A DNA stretch of 64,000 nt from positions 10,057,656-10,121,655 of the forward strand of contig CM082583.2 of the NCBI GenBank assembly GCA_040954595.2, read 5' to 3'. A program made the position numbers and the translations under genes. This stretch comes from Balanoglossus misakiensis. Lineage: Eukaryota > Animalia > Hemichordata. The notes beneath the pieces were generated by a model that was given only the letters and a program-made list of their open reading frames with translations, had not been told where the DNA came from and ran no database searches. Positions 40,738-55,661 of the stretch are shown in pieces (the first letter of the stretch is position 1; every line of letters begins with the position of its first letter).

Positions 40738-43700
40738 AAGCATTTTGAGAGTTGAGATTCAATGTGCCATTTTCAGTTCTGTGTGTGTATATACACCTTT
40801 GATCCAAGTTACAATTTAATTACTGTGAACGACTAATTGAGAAATATTGATCTCAGTGGGTTAGTGTGTCGTTCCATTTTGTTCTGACCTCTGGGTTCCA
40901 ACAGAGCCATACAATTGGTAACCATGGCCGTCCAACAAAGTCCCTTGTAATTTGAACAGCGTCTGTAGATTTTGTAATGATGGTTTTAATAATGGACTCA
41001 TCTCTTACGTGAGAGAGTGTTCGCGAAGATGAATCGACCAATATTACTGTTAGCACTTCTTGTGTATTTTAAATGGGAACTTGGATGAACTTGTTAGGAT
41101 TTTGCGACCTGAGTGACGATGTCTCATTTTGAGGACTAAAGCAGGATGATAATGTCTGACAGGACTGTCAGTCGCAAGACAGACCAGCAAACGTAGAAGA
41201 ATAGCTGTACGGCCTTTAATTTACTTAAAACATCAGAGGCAAACAATGGTCGCTTGAAATTTCCAGTCGAAAGTCAGATTCTGTGTCACTCTGTATTTGT
41301 AGCTGCGACTGACGTCGTTAATGTGGACATTGATAAAAGCTTAACACGAATATGAGTTTGTAATTTAATTACAAAATGGGAAAAGAGAGACTTTAATATT
41401 GAATGTTGACATTATTACTGAGTGTAACAGTGTTTATCTTACACCCCAGGTTCAGGAAAACTCTAATATCTAGTACAATTATATGATATTTATTTTAAGT
41501 CAACAGTGGCAATGCACTATGCATTTCGTAATGTGTATAATAGATCATGCATGTCAAGTTTGAATTGACTACAAAATCTTCAGTTGTACTTCAAATCCTA
41601 AGAATTGGTCACACAACCATGTGAAGAGGTTGCCATTCTGAATGCCACCCAATGAAAGTACATGTATGTGCACAGGTCCAGTTAAGCGCGCAGACAGACA
41701 AACTTGCACAGGGAAGGAAAGCTTGAATCTTAAACTCACTGAACTGACAGATTGCTTAAAGAATAATCACAGCTGCAACAAGCAAAACTTGAGTGTAGAA
41801 AGGTTTGCTTCTTCAAAAGGGATAACCTACTGAAAATGTCAAAAGTTGGTGACTGTATACAGTGCAATGTACCTATTAGCAAAGCCACTAAATGCACCAG
41901 CCTTTTCATGACAGAGTCAGCCGCGACATTTCATTGTATAGGCAACATGTATGTTGTCGCGCTTTTTTCAAGCCAGTGAACCCATTCTTGTAAAAGGCTA
42001 GCTTTGGTGAGCCGGTTCTTTTTAGTGTTGAATGGCAAAGAATTTTTCCCTATTGAGCTGAAAATGTAGAACTTTAATGTAATTTTCAGTTGCGTGTACA
42101 CGTGCCGAAGACCAACTCAATACCCAGCGCAAATCTCATGAGCATTAGCAAATTGTGGAAATTACACAATTCTTCACAGTGCTTTCATTGAGTAAACCAA
42201 CTCATTTTCTCTAAGTGTAGTGGAAACAGTCTTGCATAATTTCCTTCATTAGCCAGGACTATTGCTCTGTATTTAAACTTCAGAGCTGAGTTTCTGCAAT
42301 GCTGGATGAGAGCCACAAATGCGTGAGGTGTTGATTATCTACAAGGTGAACAAATTTATCGATTCAACAAATTGTTTCATCAGCTGATGTTGGTTTCTCC
42401 CGGCAAAAGCTTCCAAATTCACTCTCAGTGAACTTTGCAGAAGACAAGAAAGCAGTTGTGCCTGAAGGTTAGGTGATATAATTTTACGACCCAACATTGT
42501 TCGTCGTCTTATTATAAGCAATTGAGAAGATTTCCCATTTGCCTTCTCTTAAAATCCAATATAAAATGCACCTCTGATGTGTACATGTGTTGACCAGGTT
42601 TCCATGGAAATGTGTGTTTGGCCCCGGAAACTTCAACCTCTGTTCTAATAGATAATGCTTCAGTCCGTTTTGTATATTAAAAAATGTGCAAAATTTGTAT
42701 AGAAATGTCGCAGAAGACACTCAAAGGGAAATCCTCACAAAGGGGAGACAAGGCACGATAAAATTTTAAGAAGCCAATCAAGGGTGAAACTGCCTGGTCG
42801 AAACAAATTGCCTTGCATCAGATGCTTTCTTTTAAATTGACATCGTAATATTTTAACACTCTACCTGGCAACACCCAAAAGCAATTGATACACTTTTTAC
42901 TTCAGTTGATTGTCTCGTATCCATTCAATTACAACCTCAATGCAGGGGGACAACAAACCACTGTGAACAAAGTTAATGCTTGAATTTGTTTTCTTTCCAA
43001 AATGTGATATCGACAGTGTCAACTCTGCAGTCTTTAACAGTGGCTGACTTGTCGTGCAGTTTTTCAAGTGTAGGGAGCGCTCAGGTCTGCCTGATTCCTA
43101 AAAATGTGGCACAGGGATAATGCATCAGACATCATTCTTTGAAAGGCATCAATTTTTTCCCATGTGATCCATTGCCATTCATTATGCTGTCGTATTTTTT
43201 GTAATGTTTCTCTGTGTCCAAACCCCAGACAGACATGCCTGAAGCAGGTAGCACATTGGACAAAGCATCATGAATTTTTCAAATATTAATCGAGCCCTTA
43301 TTGATTTTCAAGTCAGCTGAAACTGATACCATTGCATGTATTTCTAAAGAAGACCGTATCATCATTGTTGACAGGCACCATCCAGGACGGCCATACTGTG
43401 AAACGGAAACTGCTCACTGAGTGTGTGAGACAAGGTGGCTGTGGTTATAGTTTGTCAGCCAGTCCACCAGTGTTTAACTCAATTTTTAAGTGAAATTGTA
43501 AAGGGCCTACATGTAGAACCAGTCACAAGTAACAGTGAAAAGCGGCCGTCGTTATTAAATGTGATTATCCTGATTAAAATCCAGAACGTGGCCTGCATGT
43601 ACAGAAGCACTGTCGGTGAAGGCTGAGAATGTTTTTATTTTTTTGGATGCCATGCTGACGTTTGAAATCTGTCAGGTGTTGTGCTGAATAGCGTGAATTG

Positions 43701-46700
43701 AATTAGAGGGTAGTTAGAAGGGGGGTCAGGGATGTCAATGAAAGTGTGGATAGACTCTTCCGATGGGCTAGTAAGAGGATGAAACAGATGAAAGGGATCG
43801 GAATAAATCAACTGATGAAATCACACAACAATTACTTGGTAAGAGTTGCTGTGTAGGTCCCTGGACATCCGAAGCAAGTGGCAATTAAAATTCGCACACG
43901 CTCTGGCATTCACTGATCGCATCCACTTTGACCTTAATTTCCTGGGCTTACATGCTTTGTTAATTTGACTGTCACATGACGTGTCTGGCTGTTACCTTTC
44001 CCGTTTTCTCACTGCTGCTGTTTCTGATGGGGGAAAATTGTGAATTGCTGGCAAGAGAAAAGTTAAAATGAAATAATTATTCCGCATATGTATCATAAAA
44101 GTGTTTTTTATTATTAGAGGGTTGCCAATTTTTTTCCTTTTGGTGAAATATATTCACTGAATCACGGACGCCATTAAATGAGATTCACAAGTATTAAAAT
44201 GTTTGGATTGAATGGTGGAACAGCCAAAAACAGATGGCAGGTAAACTTTCAAAAAGGGGAGTCACACTTAACAGCGTTGTTGATTTGACAGTGTGGGCGG
44301 TTAGACCTTGGTGTGGGTCACCTGGATACATTTTCCGATACGAAAATTTTATGCATGAAGACTGCGCGTGAGAGACTCAGGGAATCTATGCATTTTCATT
44401 CGATTGATTACCTGTCAAGTTGTGCGGGTACGTCGCTGTAAGCATTGGGTGACTATAGTATTAACGGGCAGACATCCATGTTACATGTACGTGCTGAATC
44501 TGACAACGGTGCGTGTACATACGTGAGACATCTCTTGGGGAACACTGTACTGCTGGTGGCTTGTCGAAACTGCGGTTAGTTTCAACTGGTGAAAGACCAT
44601 TCATAAGTTCAGGATTCATCAAATTTGACTGTTGACTGTGATGCAGCGTTGTTGTATCATTTGTTTCCATATTGAAAGGTATGTTTTAATCATCCTTGTA
44701 CATCTGTTTTTGAGTTTCATTGGTAACCACAGTACCATACACATGTATGATACCAGAGACACAGAGTTGTATCACTTGCATTTTTTGAAACATTTCCCTC
44801 CTGATTGATGTTAACCTTCTTGATTTCCCGTTGGGACAAAAAGTGACACAGCGGTACTTCCATGAGTTATGTATTTTAATTTGTATTCCAATAACCTTTG
44901 TGTCGATCGGTATAAATCACGCTCTCCGAGTAATTTTTGATGTAACCTGACTCTCCCTGCATTTCAGCGGTCCGATGCTATTGTTTGGTGATGACATATT
45001 GGCACTCGCTTGATTATCTAACCAATTTTTGTCATGACAGGTAACTCATCATTGCCATAGCAACAGGTGATTTATGTGCAGTCATTTCTGACGTTTTCAT
45101 ACGTGGAATTAGCATGAAAAAAGATGGTGGTGGCGAATTTTTAGATTGTGTTTTCATCAAATGCCAGCTACATAATTCAGAGTCAGCATTGCAATTCAGT
45201 GTTATATCATCACCAAGCTTCTTTTCATATACATTCAGCCCCCCCCCCCCTTCCCACTAGCACATCAATTTTTCTACATGACAGGAGCAATTAAGGCGTT
45301 ATTAACTTGCATATAATGACTTCTTTGTGATTTTCAACAATTGATGATGATGTAAATAATTTTGTCCAGTGCAGCGTACATTGCATATTTCACTGTCGAT
45401 ATTTCAATATTCCTGGGGACATTGCTTATGACAATATTATACGTCAACACATGCAAGTATGGACAGGTTCATTGAAATACCGTATGGTATTGTGTAGTGG
45501 ATGAAAGCCTATATATTTCCAAATGCAGCCCTGATTTGGAAACATGAAACTTGTTTATGTTGTTGGTATTTTGTGGTCACATTTCTGAAAAGAAAAATCT
45601 TAATTGAGGACTACATCCATCTGAGGAGGGTTTCAAAGTTTGTTGATACTGAATGGGAATAGAGTTCATGTATTGATTTTATGAGATGTTATGTGTCATC
45701 AATGGAAAGTACAATATTCAATCGTTAATGTCATTAACGAAAGTGCAATATTTACTCATTTACACCATTAACAAATATTTGCGATTTGGGAGGGATCTTT
45801 GGAGAATTAATTGGTGTTTGTGGTAATAACTAGTTTGGTACAGGATGAGAATCAGACCAGAAAATTTTTGTTGGGCGTGGATTGCATAATTTAGTATCCA
45901 TATCAGGGATATAATAGTTTAATACCCCTATTGGTGATTCAGCATTTAATTGTCAATTTAATCATTTTTCCATTTCATTGGACACTGTATGCCAAGTCTG
46001 CATGTGAGATATACACTTATAAAAAGTGTCACATTTATTTAAATAGATCCTTGCCAATTAAACCCTCGACAACTACAGTACACAAGCACACATTTGGTGA
46101 TTTAATCTCAAATCATGGATGAACTTTCAGTAAATTATCAACATATGAAGATCTCTTTCCATGGTGTATTTTCCCCCCATAATGATAGTACAGGCTGATT
46201 CTTATCATGGAGCTTCATTCTGTGTAGATGGCACTGATGAATTCTACAAGCAGCAACAGAATGAGGATTGAGGATTACAGTTGCCCCTGGCATGCTTCAT
46301 ATTGACTGTAGCATTTCTAAATTTTCTCACTGATGAAATTTTGTTTGATTCTGACAGTGATAGTATTTGTTTCTTTGCTGTGACTTGAAATAATTAGGTA
46401 CGTTTTCACAATTTCACACAGTGGCGTGTCAGCAGTGCTTTTAATTTAAAGGTACATCATATGTGGTCACCTAATTAGCTAAGTACCAGTGGCAAAAATT
46501 TAGGACCTCCATATGTTCATCAGAATATTCAGCCGTATATGGGCGTAATGTAAATTAGAGGTGATTGCCTTCCTCCACCTTCTTTAGTAATGGTGCGTTT
46601 GTTTTGCGGTCATTTAAGTTTAAGAGTTTGTATCCCCAGGAGTCCACTTTGTATATTGGAAAACAATTCAAGTGTTTTACTGAAATTACACCCGTAGGCG

Positions 46701-49700
46701 TGATTGGATCAAGAGGACAAGTCTGGATGTGTACACGCATTTAAACCTTTAAAAGAATTCTCCGATGTTTACGGAGTTTCCGACAGCAAATTGATCTCCG
46801 ATAACAAATATCACCCAGACACCGTGTCCTGAGGGCGTTACTAGGCAAAATAGTCCTGATGGTTTTAAATAGCCATGGATGCACTGATATAGCACGATTT
46901 TCGTATGTACGTCGGCGTACGGCAAGTCATGCAAATATTGAGGACATCCGCAACTGTTCCACTACAGCATGCTTGTAGAAAAAAATGTACCAGTACAAGC
47001 AATCTATCAAACAAATTCAACCCAGGAGAGACGTCACTTGTGTTCTTAACAGAGTGTGTATTGATTGACAGCGTAATAGTTCATAAAACTCTCATATGTG
47101 GTTCAGATCAATGCCTCGCTTCTCATAACTCATGTAAGTTACTAATCATACATTGTTGAGTAGCTATGGTTGGGTGTTATTTGCATTCTCCCACCAACTG
47201 CGTGATTTGAACTTTAAAACAATTCCAGTGGGTCCAAACCGTTGGTCTTCTTGACATAGATTGATGGAGACTAAACAACAGTGCCTATGTACAAAATTTT
47301 ACATACATAAAAAAGTACATTACACTCTACTAGGAGATGCAATGAAGAGATATGCTGGGAACTCACTCACGTACCAGGTGGTTTTCCAGCATTATTATAA
47401 ACTTTGTTGCTGAAATTACTTACACACATGAAATTCTCAGGGGAATTTTTCAGTGGCAGAGACATCATGCAAGAATCTTATAGCAAGAGAAATAATAAAA
47501 GCACAAGTTTATAATTCTTCAAGCTTCAGTCATCATAACAGGGTATATTAACTGAGCACAAGGAGATAGACATTGCCCTTTTAAACCAAAGAAAATTTGC
47601 CGTCGACAAGAGCCATCCTCACATATTCACTGCTGAAGTGTAATAGACACTTCACTGATTCAAGTATAATCAGAGACAAGCAAAGGCGTTTATAGCAATA
47701 GTGTATATACCACTAGCTGATGGAACATATCTGGTATGAATTCATCACTTGCTATAAAAGCAACGTGAGGATGGCCATAATGAGTGATGATGCAGATCGC
47801 TCTCGCCGGTCGTGCTCTCGTATGATAATGAAAATTATGAAATATTCAGCTGATATAGAAGTTGTGTGGACACGGTCCGATGATTGATTCAGCTTAACGC
47901 ACTCAACCCTCCATGACTCGCAGTACTCCAAATGTCATTAATTTTCATTCTGTGTCAGAGCCTGATCGCTCGCTAGTCTACTTCCATTAGTTCCCCACCC
48001 AATCAAATAAATTCATTAGCGACATGAAAAGAACAAAGACCGCATAATTGCCTTGAGAGGCTGAATTAGCGGTGTTTGACACAATAGATATCGAACCATG
48101 TAACCTTTACCATTACCAAAATAGGTTGTGACACCAGAATATAACAAGTTTTGTTCCCTGGGGTTTATTCTGAATCAGAGGAGTTGAATGGATGTGATTA
48201 TAGGCAACATATGGGGAATTTTGGTTCTGGATTTCTTTGCTGTGGAGTTTTCATAACATTTTCTCATTTTAAGTGTACTCCCATCACAATAGCAAGCAAA
48301 AAGTGAAACACACTCACAGACTGCAAGTGTTTTGGCATAATTTGCCTGTTTATCAGGCATGACACTGTTTTGCCAGCAACATATAGATCTTTTGGCAGCA
48401 GCCAAATCCAGTGTAATAATGTCTCGATGTGGCAGAGTTGATCTAATGGATTTCACTGCAAGTAACATTAAACCTGCTAGATGGTTTTGATGAGTTGTTT
48501 GGTGACTGACTATACACAGTGCACAGCTGCTGTAGCATAAACATTGTGATGCGGTGCTTGTCTGGTGAACAAATCAGAGTTTGTGTAATGTTAGACCGCA
48601 CTGCCGGTCTACTAACAGTAATCTAACGTCATTCAGTAGAAGCATGGCATGAAATTAATAACCTTTTATTTAGCAAGGCTGGGTTTTAATTTCAAAGCGT
48701 TTTCTTTTCGTTTCCGTTGTCACTTGCGTAGAGATTCTCAAGTTTTTTTCATGTGTATGTGGATGGAGGCCATTACCACTGTAGCAAAATTTGTTATGTA
48801 TGGGTAATTCTAGACACCAAAATACATCTCTCGCATGAAAAAAAAATGTTGATTTTGATTTACATGTTGAAAGCTAAATCTCTGGTGAGGTACTGATTTT
48901 TGAATGCTTTAGATGAAATCCAGTGAACTGATGGGTATTTCAGAAGTAAGCCATCCATGCATTGTCAACTTTGGTGCAACAGCTGGCTGTATCCCTGCAC
49001 CACACAACCAGCCCCATGAGAATGACGGAAGCAAACGTCCCTAACTGGCCGAGTGCACGTACGATCCCTTGACGCATGATGTATGCTGCTCTCTACCGAT
49101 GTCAGAAATGAAAACACGCCCGATGCATCTCAGTGGACTGGCGTGTGATGATGATGAATAATCTTTCAGTGGTGCAGGGAGACATCAGTTTTGATGACTT
49201 TAGAGCATTCATTTTAGAGTGTGGTTGTCCTTTATCGTAAGAAGGGCAAGAGCACTCGTCTCAGGAAGTATTGCTCATTTTGGAGAAAAATTCTAATCAG
49301 TCAAACTATAGTGTGTTTTGTCAGTCTCTTCTCCTGTGTGTGGATTTATGGCAGGAAAGATGAATCTTTTATGAAACATCTGTCGCACTGCATTAAAGAA
49401 CCCACTGAATCACCTCGGATAGACAAAACCAGTCAAATAATGCAGTCAGTTTTCTGGGTTGTCTTGCGGTTTGGCCTTTAAGAAGACTACATGATTAATG
49501 GCCATGTTAGTCCTCACTTTGTCTCTATCCGGTAGCCATAAATCAACAACAGCTCTCGTCAATGTTAAACTATAATTTCATCATTAATAAGAAAATTTTA
49601 TAATTTGTCTCAGACAAGGACAACTCCGGTCAACAGGATGAGAAAGCATTGTTTGATAAAGTAGACACATTGGCTCCAAATGAGGTACTAAAAAATTATT

Positions 49701-52700
49701 CTTGGTCAGAGACACCTTGGTCGATATTTTTAGAAGTAAATATTAAGGTATTAGCCATAGCTTGACGTTTGTTTTGAAAAATGCGATTTCAATATCAACA
49801 CTTAGCTTAGCTGAAGGAAATGAACAACTATAAAAATAATTACCATCAATCCAAAGAAGTCACAGGTGGACTCAGCTTAAAGATTTTCATCTTACAGTCA
49901 CATATTTTAATGCTGCAATTGCTTGGTGATGTGTCGCTATAGCAACAACTAAACACAGGTGAAAATATATATTGGGCACGCATTTTGATTTAATATCCAG
50001 ACCACCTTTTAAGGCAGTTTTAATATTGCGAGTGAAGTCGTCTTTCGAAGCTAATGTTTTTAGTTGTAATATTATTGGGAGTATTTTATTGTGTGTTCTA
50101 ATCCATATGGCAGTGTAACTACGCTTTATTATGTGCATGTCACATGAGCAGCGTTCACCAGACAATAAATCTGGCATTGTGTATGTTTGCACATCATATG
50201 TGTCCAATAAATGGGATATCTAAATGCAATTTAGAAATGATTTTGGAAGTAAAATTGAACGTTGTATAGGGAAAATTCATATGTAAATAGAAAATTCGGA
50301 TATTTACTTTTTATATAATAAAGAACAGTCAGTTTTAAAGCAGATTGACATGCACATGAACGTGTTTTGGAGAAAAGCTGTGAAAATTCAGTTTTGATTT
50401 CTGTTGGTACAGGGGATAACCAGTTCATGGGTCAGTAACCATTTTGACCGACCATATGTGGTTTTCCTGATTCAGAACATCAAATGATGGGGTGCTTTAT
50501 AAAAGGGTCTTTGCATCGTGTCAGTTTTATTACCACATCAGAAAACGATTACTCTGTTTGCGGGAATACATCTGATAATCCGTAGGAATAAATCCATGTG
50601 GCAGACCTGAAAAGTAAATGACGGCAATATTTGCAACCAGCCCTAAATAATACTTTGATCAAATTATGCCCTCTATGGCATAAACATGAGATGTCAATGA
50701 TATTATGTTAACAATAAAACATTCACAGCTGACTGTTTCTGGCACGCCATTGCATTCAAGAGCAAGACTAGATATTGTAATATTGCAATAAACATTTTGT
50801 CTATGATTGATAACCAAATAATTCATTACTAAATCCCCTAAAGATTTTTCTATCTCATTTGTAATTATTTTTTTCTGCCCACCTGTCACATCATGTCATG
50901 GGCAGCGCATCATGCAAAATGATAAAAGGCTACTAGTCACCCTAATGTCAAGAGGATTTCTATGATGACTTTCCGATGTTCATGTTCATGTACATCTGTG
51001 GGATTAGAATTCTTTTATAGCCCACGATATTCACCTTTGACGGTACGAAAGGGTAGCAGTTTAATGCATAGCTTTGAGGCATTTTATCATGTTACACCAA
51101 AGTTCACGTTTGCGCAGATTCAAACTCACGTTATTCAAGAAGTTTGTGACACACCGTAAAGTTTCTGCTGAAGTACGTGCAGTACGTGAACTGATGAACT
51201 CAGTCTATTTTGGATATTTATGTCCCACAGAATTTTACATTGAAACATGTAACACTGTGAGCTTCAGGTGTGCATTTTGTGCTGTACATGTTTTACTTAT
51301 TCATATACCATGAATTGAGTATCATTTCATATTGTGATTAGCACTGGGGCATCATGCCAAAAGCATATTTTGCTTCAACTGCAAATTAAGGATGGAGCGC
51401 TAAATATTTTCCTGAACAAAATAGACCCAATCACACAACAAGAGGAAATCAAGAACTGATCAAATGGCACAAATTAGTTACCACCCCAACCACCCTAATA
51501 GCTGTATTAAAAGCTGTATGCTAACTTCCATATGAGAAATCAGTCATTAGGTCTATTTGTGTGAGAAGAGAGAACTTGAACGGTCACCCAGGTAGGAGCT
51601 ATTGATTCAGAATAGTCAATATTCAGGCTCAATAATGTTACATGTAGCTTCGGAGCAGAATCAAGGATCACAGTTACATGTACCATCTAAACCCTGTCCG
51701 CTTTATAATAAGATTAAATTTCAGTTGTAAAATAAAACATCACTTAAATAGTAATTCTGCCAAACAAATACACTGGGATTGTCGCAGTCAGTAGTCTGAG
51801 CAAAATACTGTTACTGCTGATGATCACTGAGCGAAGAAAAAATTTCCACAGCAGCACGACGTGTCTAATTTATCACCATCACGTTTTCAGCCCAGCTGGC
51901 GAAACTCGGCACAGTATGGGTTTAATTAAAAACCTAATCATGAAAATTTCATCAGATTATTCCTGTCATCCGTGAAATATTGATGATGTTTTGAAAATAA
52001 TTACTGAAGTTATAAAAAATGATCGGTTTGAAATAAGATTTTATCGTGAAGTTGATAGTACTGAGCTGTTGATTTTTTTCTCCATTTGTCATCGGAGAAA
52101 TGATGAGTTATCGCAGAATGCAGTGCGTTCACCTAAGATTTCTTCTGCAGGTGTTCAAGAATATTCTGTTTTATGTTAATTTTTCGTTTTACTATGGGTG
52201 AGCTCTCTGGGGCCTAGTTTCAACAAAAATTCACTCAGCCTTTTTGTAAATTATCGATATGACATTCAGTGTTGATTGTTTTTCAACACCTTTTGGATTA
52301 AAAAAAAGGACACCTGTCTTGTAGTCATTAGTAAATGCTTGCCATGGTATCTGCTATGTTGATGGAGAAATTAAATTCAAGATGAATATATTCAGTGTCA
52401 TCTACACCATTGACTAGATCCATCAAGTCTTGGATTTACCAGTGTCAAAAGTTGACAGTAATGAACAGAATTATATCAAAACTCGCCAAGAATTTAAAAT
52501 TCAAGGTGGCTGCCAAACTATGTGGTATTCTCACATCAATGAACCACTGATTTCTTTTTAGGAAGAAAAGAAAATATGTTTGCCTTAGCTATTCCTGGGA
52601 TGTATTTGATGTGCTTTGCAAAAGGCCACACTGTTCACCATCTATTGATTCAGCCCGTGCACCATTTGCTGATTTTAATCCGCATTTCTGGCACGACATT

Positions 52701-55299
52701 CAGTTCTGGACTCGCCCTAAGAGGATCAGCAGTGTTAAAATGCATCTAGGAGACAGTCAGATTTAGGGAACAGTAACAGCTGGCAAATACGCAAAAGGCT
52801 TATAGCATCAATGTGGTAAACATTAGAATGCATGACATTGACAGGACTCAAACTTGACCTATGATACAATTAAAGAACATGTGTCTGGACAGTTATACCC
52901 ATAGCAATTTTGCCTGTAGGCTCCATCTTCATAACCTAGATACATTTGTAGTGAGGTAAAAGTCAGGAGGGGATTCTCATCATTGAAATTAGATTTCGAT
53001 GGTGATTTGATCACTGAGACATGAAGAGCTCTCATTATCTGACTTAAAAACATCTTCACTGATCAAGTTTAAAAAGTTGCACCACATCTGCTAACCCTAA
53101 CTCCTTGACGTTACTTACAAGCAACTTTAAGTGCAAAGAATGAATAGTGTAGAAAAAAAAATTATTGATTAAAAAAAAGCAGATGAGGACAGGTTCAGAT
53201 AAATTATTTTATCAGATCGTGCGAGAAAAGATTTATAAGTGAATGGAATATGAGATGTACCTGGGTGTAATGAGTCATGGATTGTTCATTACATATAATT
53301 GGGTTTATGGTATGTCTGTGAAAGCATCCACGGAAAGATAAGCTGTCCATCTCGAGGGGAGAGATGTTGTTGATATTATAGCTCTGATATTTTGGCCATG
53401 GGGACTCTGTGGCATCTATTTTCAGGCTGACTCATTCATATGTTACAGGTTGTACACAACCATCGCATTGGCAGAAAATCTCCCTTCCCAACAATACGCG
53501 AATGAAAAAAAATACTGTTATGTAGAACAGTTCAGAGTTTCAAGTCCTGCACTGTCGGCAGTTTGTTGGCAATAGCAGATATTGTACGTTTGCATAATAG
53601 TCGATTTGAAGAAAAATGAAAGCAGGGGTAGTCAAAATTTGCATTGAAAGGATATTAAGAGCAAGCTTTCAGCCCTACCATAGATTTCTTTTTTATTGCA
53701 CTTCCACATTTATTAAGGATCGTCTGTTTTTCATTATGGAATAATTTCATTGCCTTAATTTGACACAATAGCAATTCAGACGTATTGATATCTTCTAATT
53801 TCTAGTATCCCCTTGGTGTCACAAAACCACATTAATTTTACAGCCACTCTAATGGTTGCCATGACAACTTGCAGAAATGTAAATGACAATTAAAGGGGGA
53901 AAGGAGACGTCTGGTCCCTTGCATGACATTTCACCCTGGTATATGTCAACATAAAATTCAGTATCTCGGGGAGTTTTATTTTTGAAATTTTAATATTAAC
54001 TGTCACTTTAACACTTTGCATAAATTTGTTATTCCAAGCATGAGTTACATCGATTGCACTTGTAGAGTTTCCGATAAATGAAAATAACCAAATGCTCACA
54101 ACTACAGGAAATAGAACATTTAATTGACCAAAACTTTTCACTAGTTTCTGTACATTGTGGCCTGAGCTGTTACAATGTAGGTCTGTCTGACCGAGATTCA
54201 TTCTCTTGTTGCCCAGTGAAATTGTGATATCTCCGACTATCAATGCGGTTTGGAATACATGCACTCATCTTTGGCTGCATATCAGTTCACTGTGCTGTAA
54301 ACCCTGGTCAGTGAGGAGATTAAAAAACTGTGCCCTGCAGGTGAGAGATAGCCAGTACCTGGTAGCTATCACAACATAGTAACTCTTGCCCTAGAGATAA
54401 ATGTACGAGGAACGTTCACTTATAAAACAACATGTTAGTGTGAAATCAAGAGGAAACTAGATTTCTGGATCCATTTGTCATTTCAGTCACTGGTGTTACA
54501 TGTATAACAGAATGACTGTCAAACTGTAATATGACTTTAATAACATTGATGGGAGAATATTACAAAGTGGCAATCAATAGATTCTCATTATTGTAGACGG
54601 TGATATAACGTTCCCCCTTTTCTGTGAGTTAATCACAGTTAAAGTTTGCCCCCGGGGGCTTTGCTATCCAGAACAGACTATTCTTGGTAGTTTTGAAGGA
54701 ATTGCTTGCCCGTGTTCACAAGCAGTCAGCATACGGCTGATAATTTGTTCTCATTTGTAACTTGGTGTTTTACGTGTTTCCTGTGAAAGGGCTATGTTGA
54801 TATACAACCTCGGTTTTGTTGGAGTCATGTTGTTCTAGCCTAACATTGACATTTTAATTGTGGGTATGCGAGGGAACATTCAATTTGTCTGAAATGCGAA
54901 AAGAAATTACAGAGGTACGAGCGAGGCAGCTGACGCTTGGCGCCATTGCAGTCAGTCAGTCGATGAGTATACATTGTCAGATACTGCTACAATGTACTGT
55001 ATTCAACGCACACAAAAATCCATATGACATGTTTTGAAAAGACATCACTCTCTCTAGCCGTCACCTAGTGCAATATTGTACATGTATGTACTCCAGCATT
55101 ATGCAGCATCAAACTTTTCAATATTTAATAAGGTTGGATACAGCTAGATATTATCTGTAAGCTGTACATATCCAGGAAGTCTCTCAACGTACTGTACATA
55201 GGAAACTTGAGAACATTTCGGATGTCTTTCCTTCTCTGGCCTACTTAGAATGCTATTGTCCAAGGGACACCTGATGGAGCTAATAATGTCGGTAATTAC

Positions 55300-55661
55300 A
55301 TTTCTCTCCGCAGTGTGACGCACTGATGAGAACGTAAGCCCACCCCTGCAGTGATGTCACAAGTCTTCTGCTGCACAAATTAGCATACTTAATCAAGTGG
55401 GCTTGTTGCTGATATTGAGATGACGAGTCACGTTGAAGGGATTCTGTGAAGCTGTGGCCGGAACGTACGTGTGGAAGTGCTCTGCGCTTGTGGTGTTTCA
55501 CAACTCTTTAGTAGTGGCAGTGGAGGAAATGATCACACAACGTGGCTGTGTATGTCGTTCTGTTGTTGATCCGCGGCAGCCGTTTGCTTTGGTGTGACCG
55601 TAACCCCATCAGATCGAGTGCCTTCTTTCTCTTTGTGTTTTAATTTTTCTGAACATTGACG
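55300..55661 (+). promoter_or_regulatory. Putative internal promoter / 5'UTR of the alternative unc-13 isoform
   Basis: Locally CpG-enriched stretch with CRE-like half sites (tgacgc, tgacgagtca) and acgt cores, directly upstream of the 55662 ATG. Confidence 0.4.
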
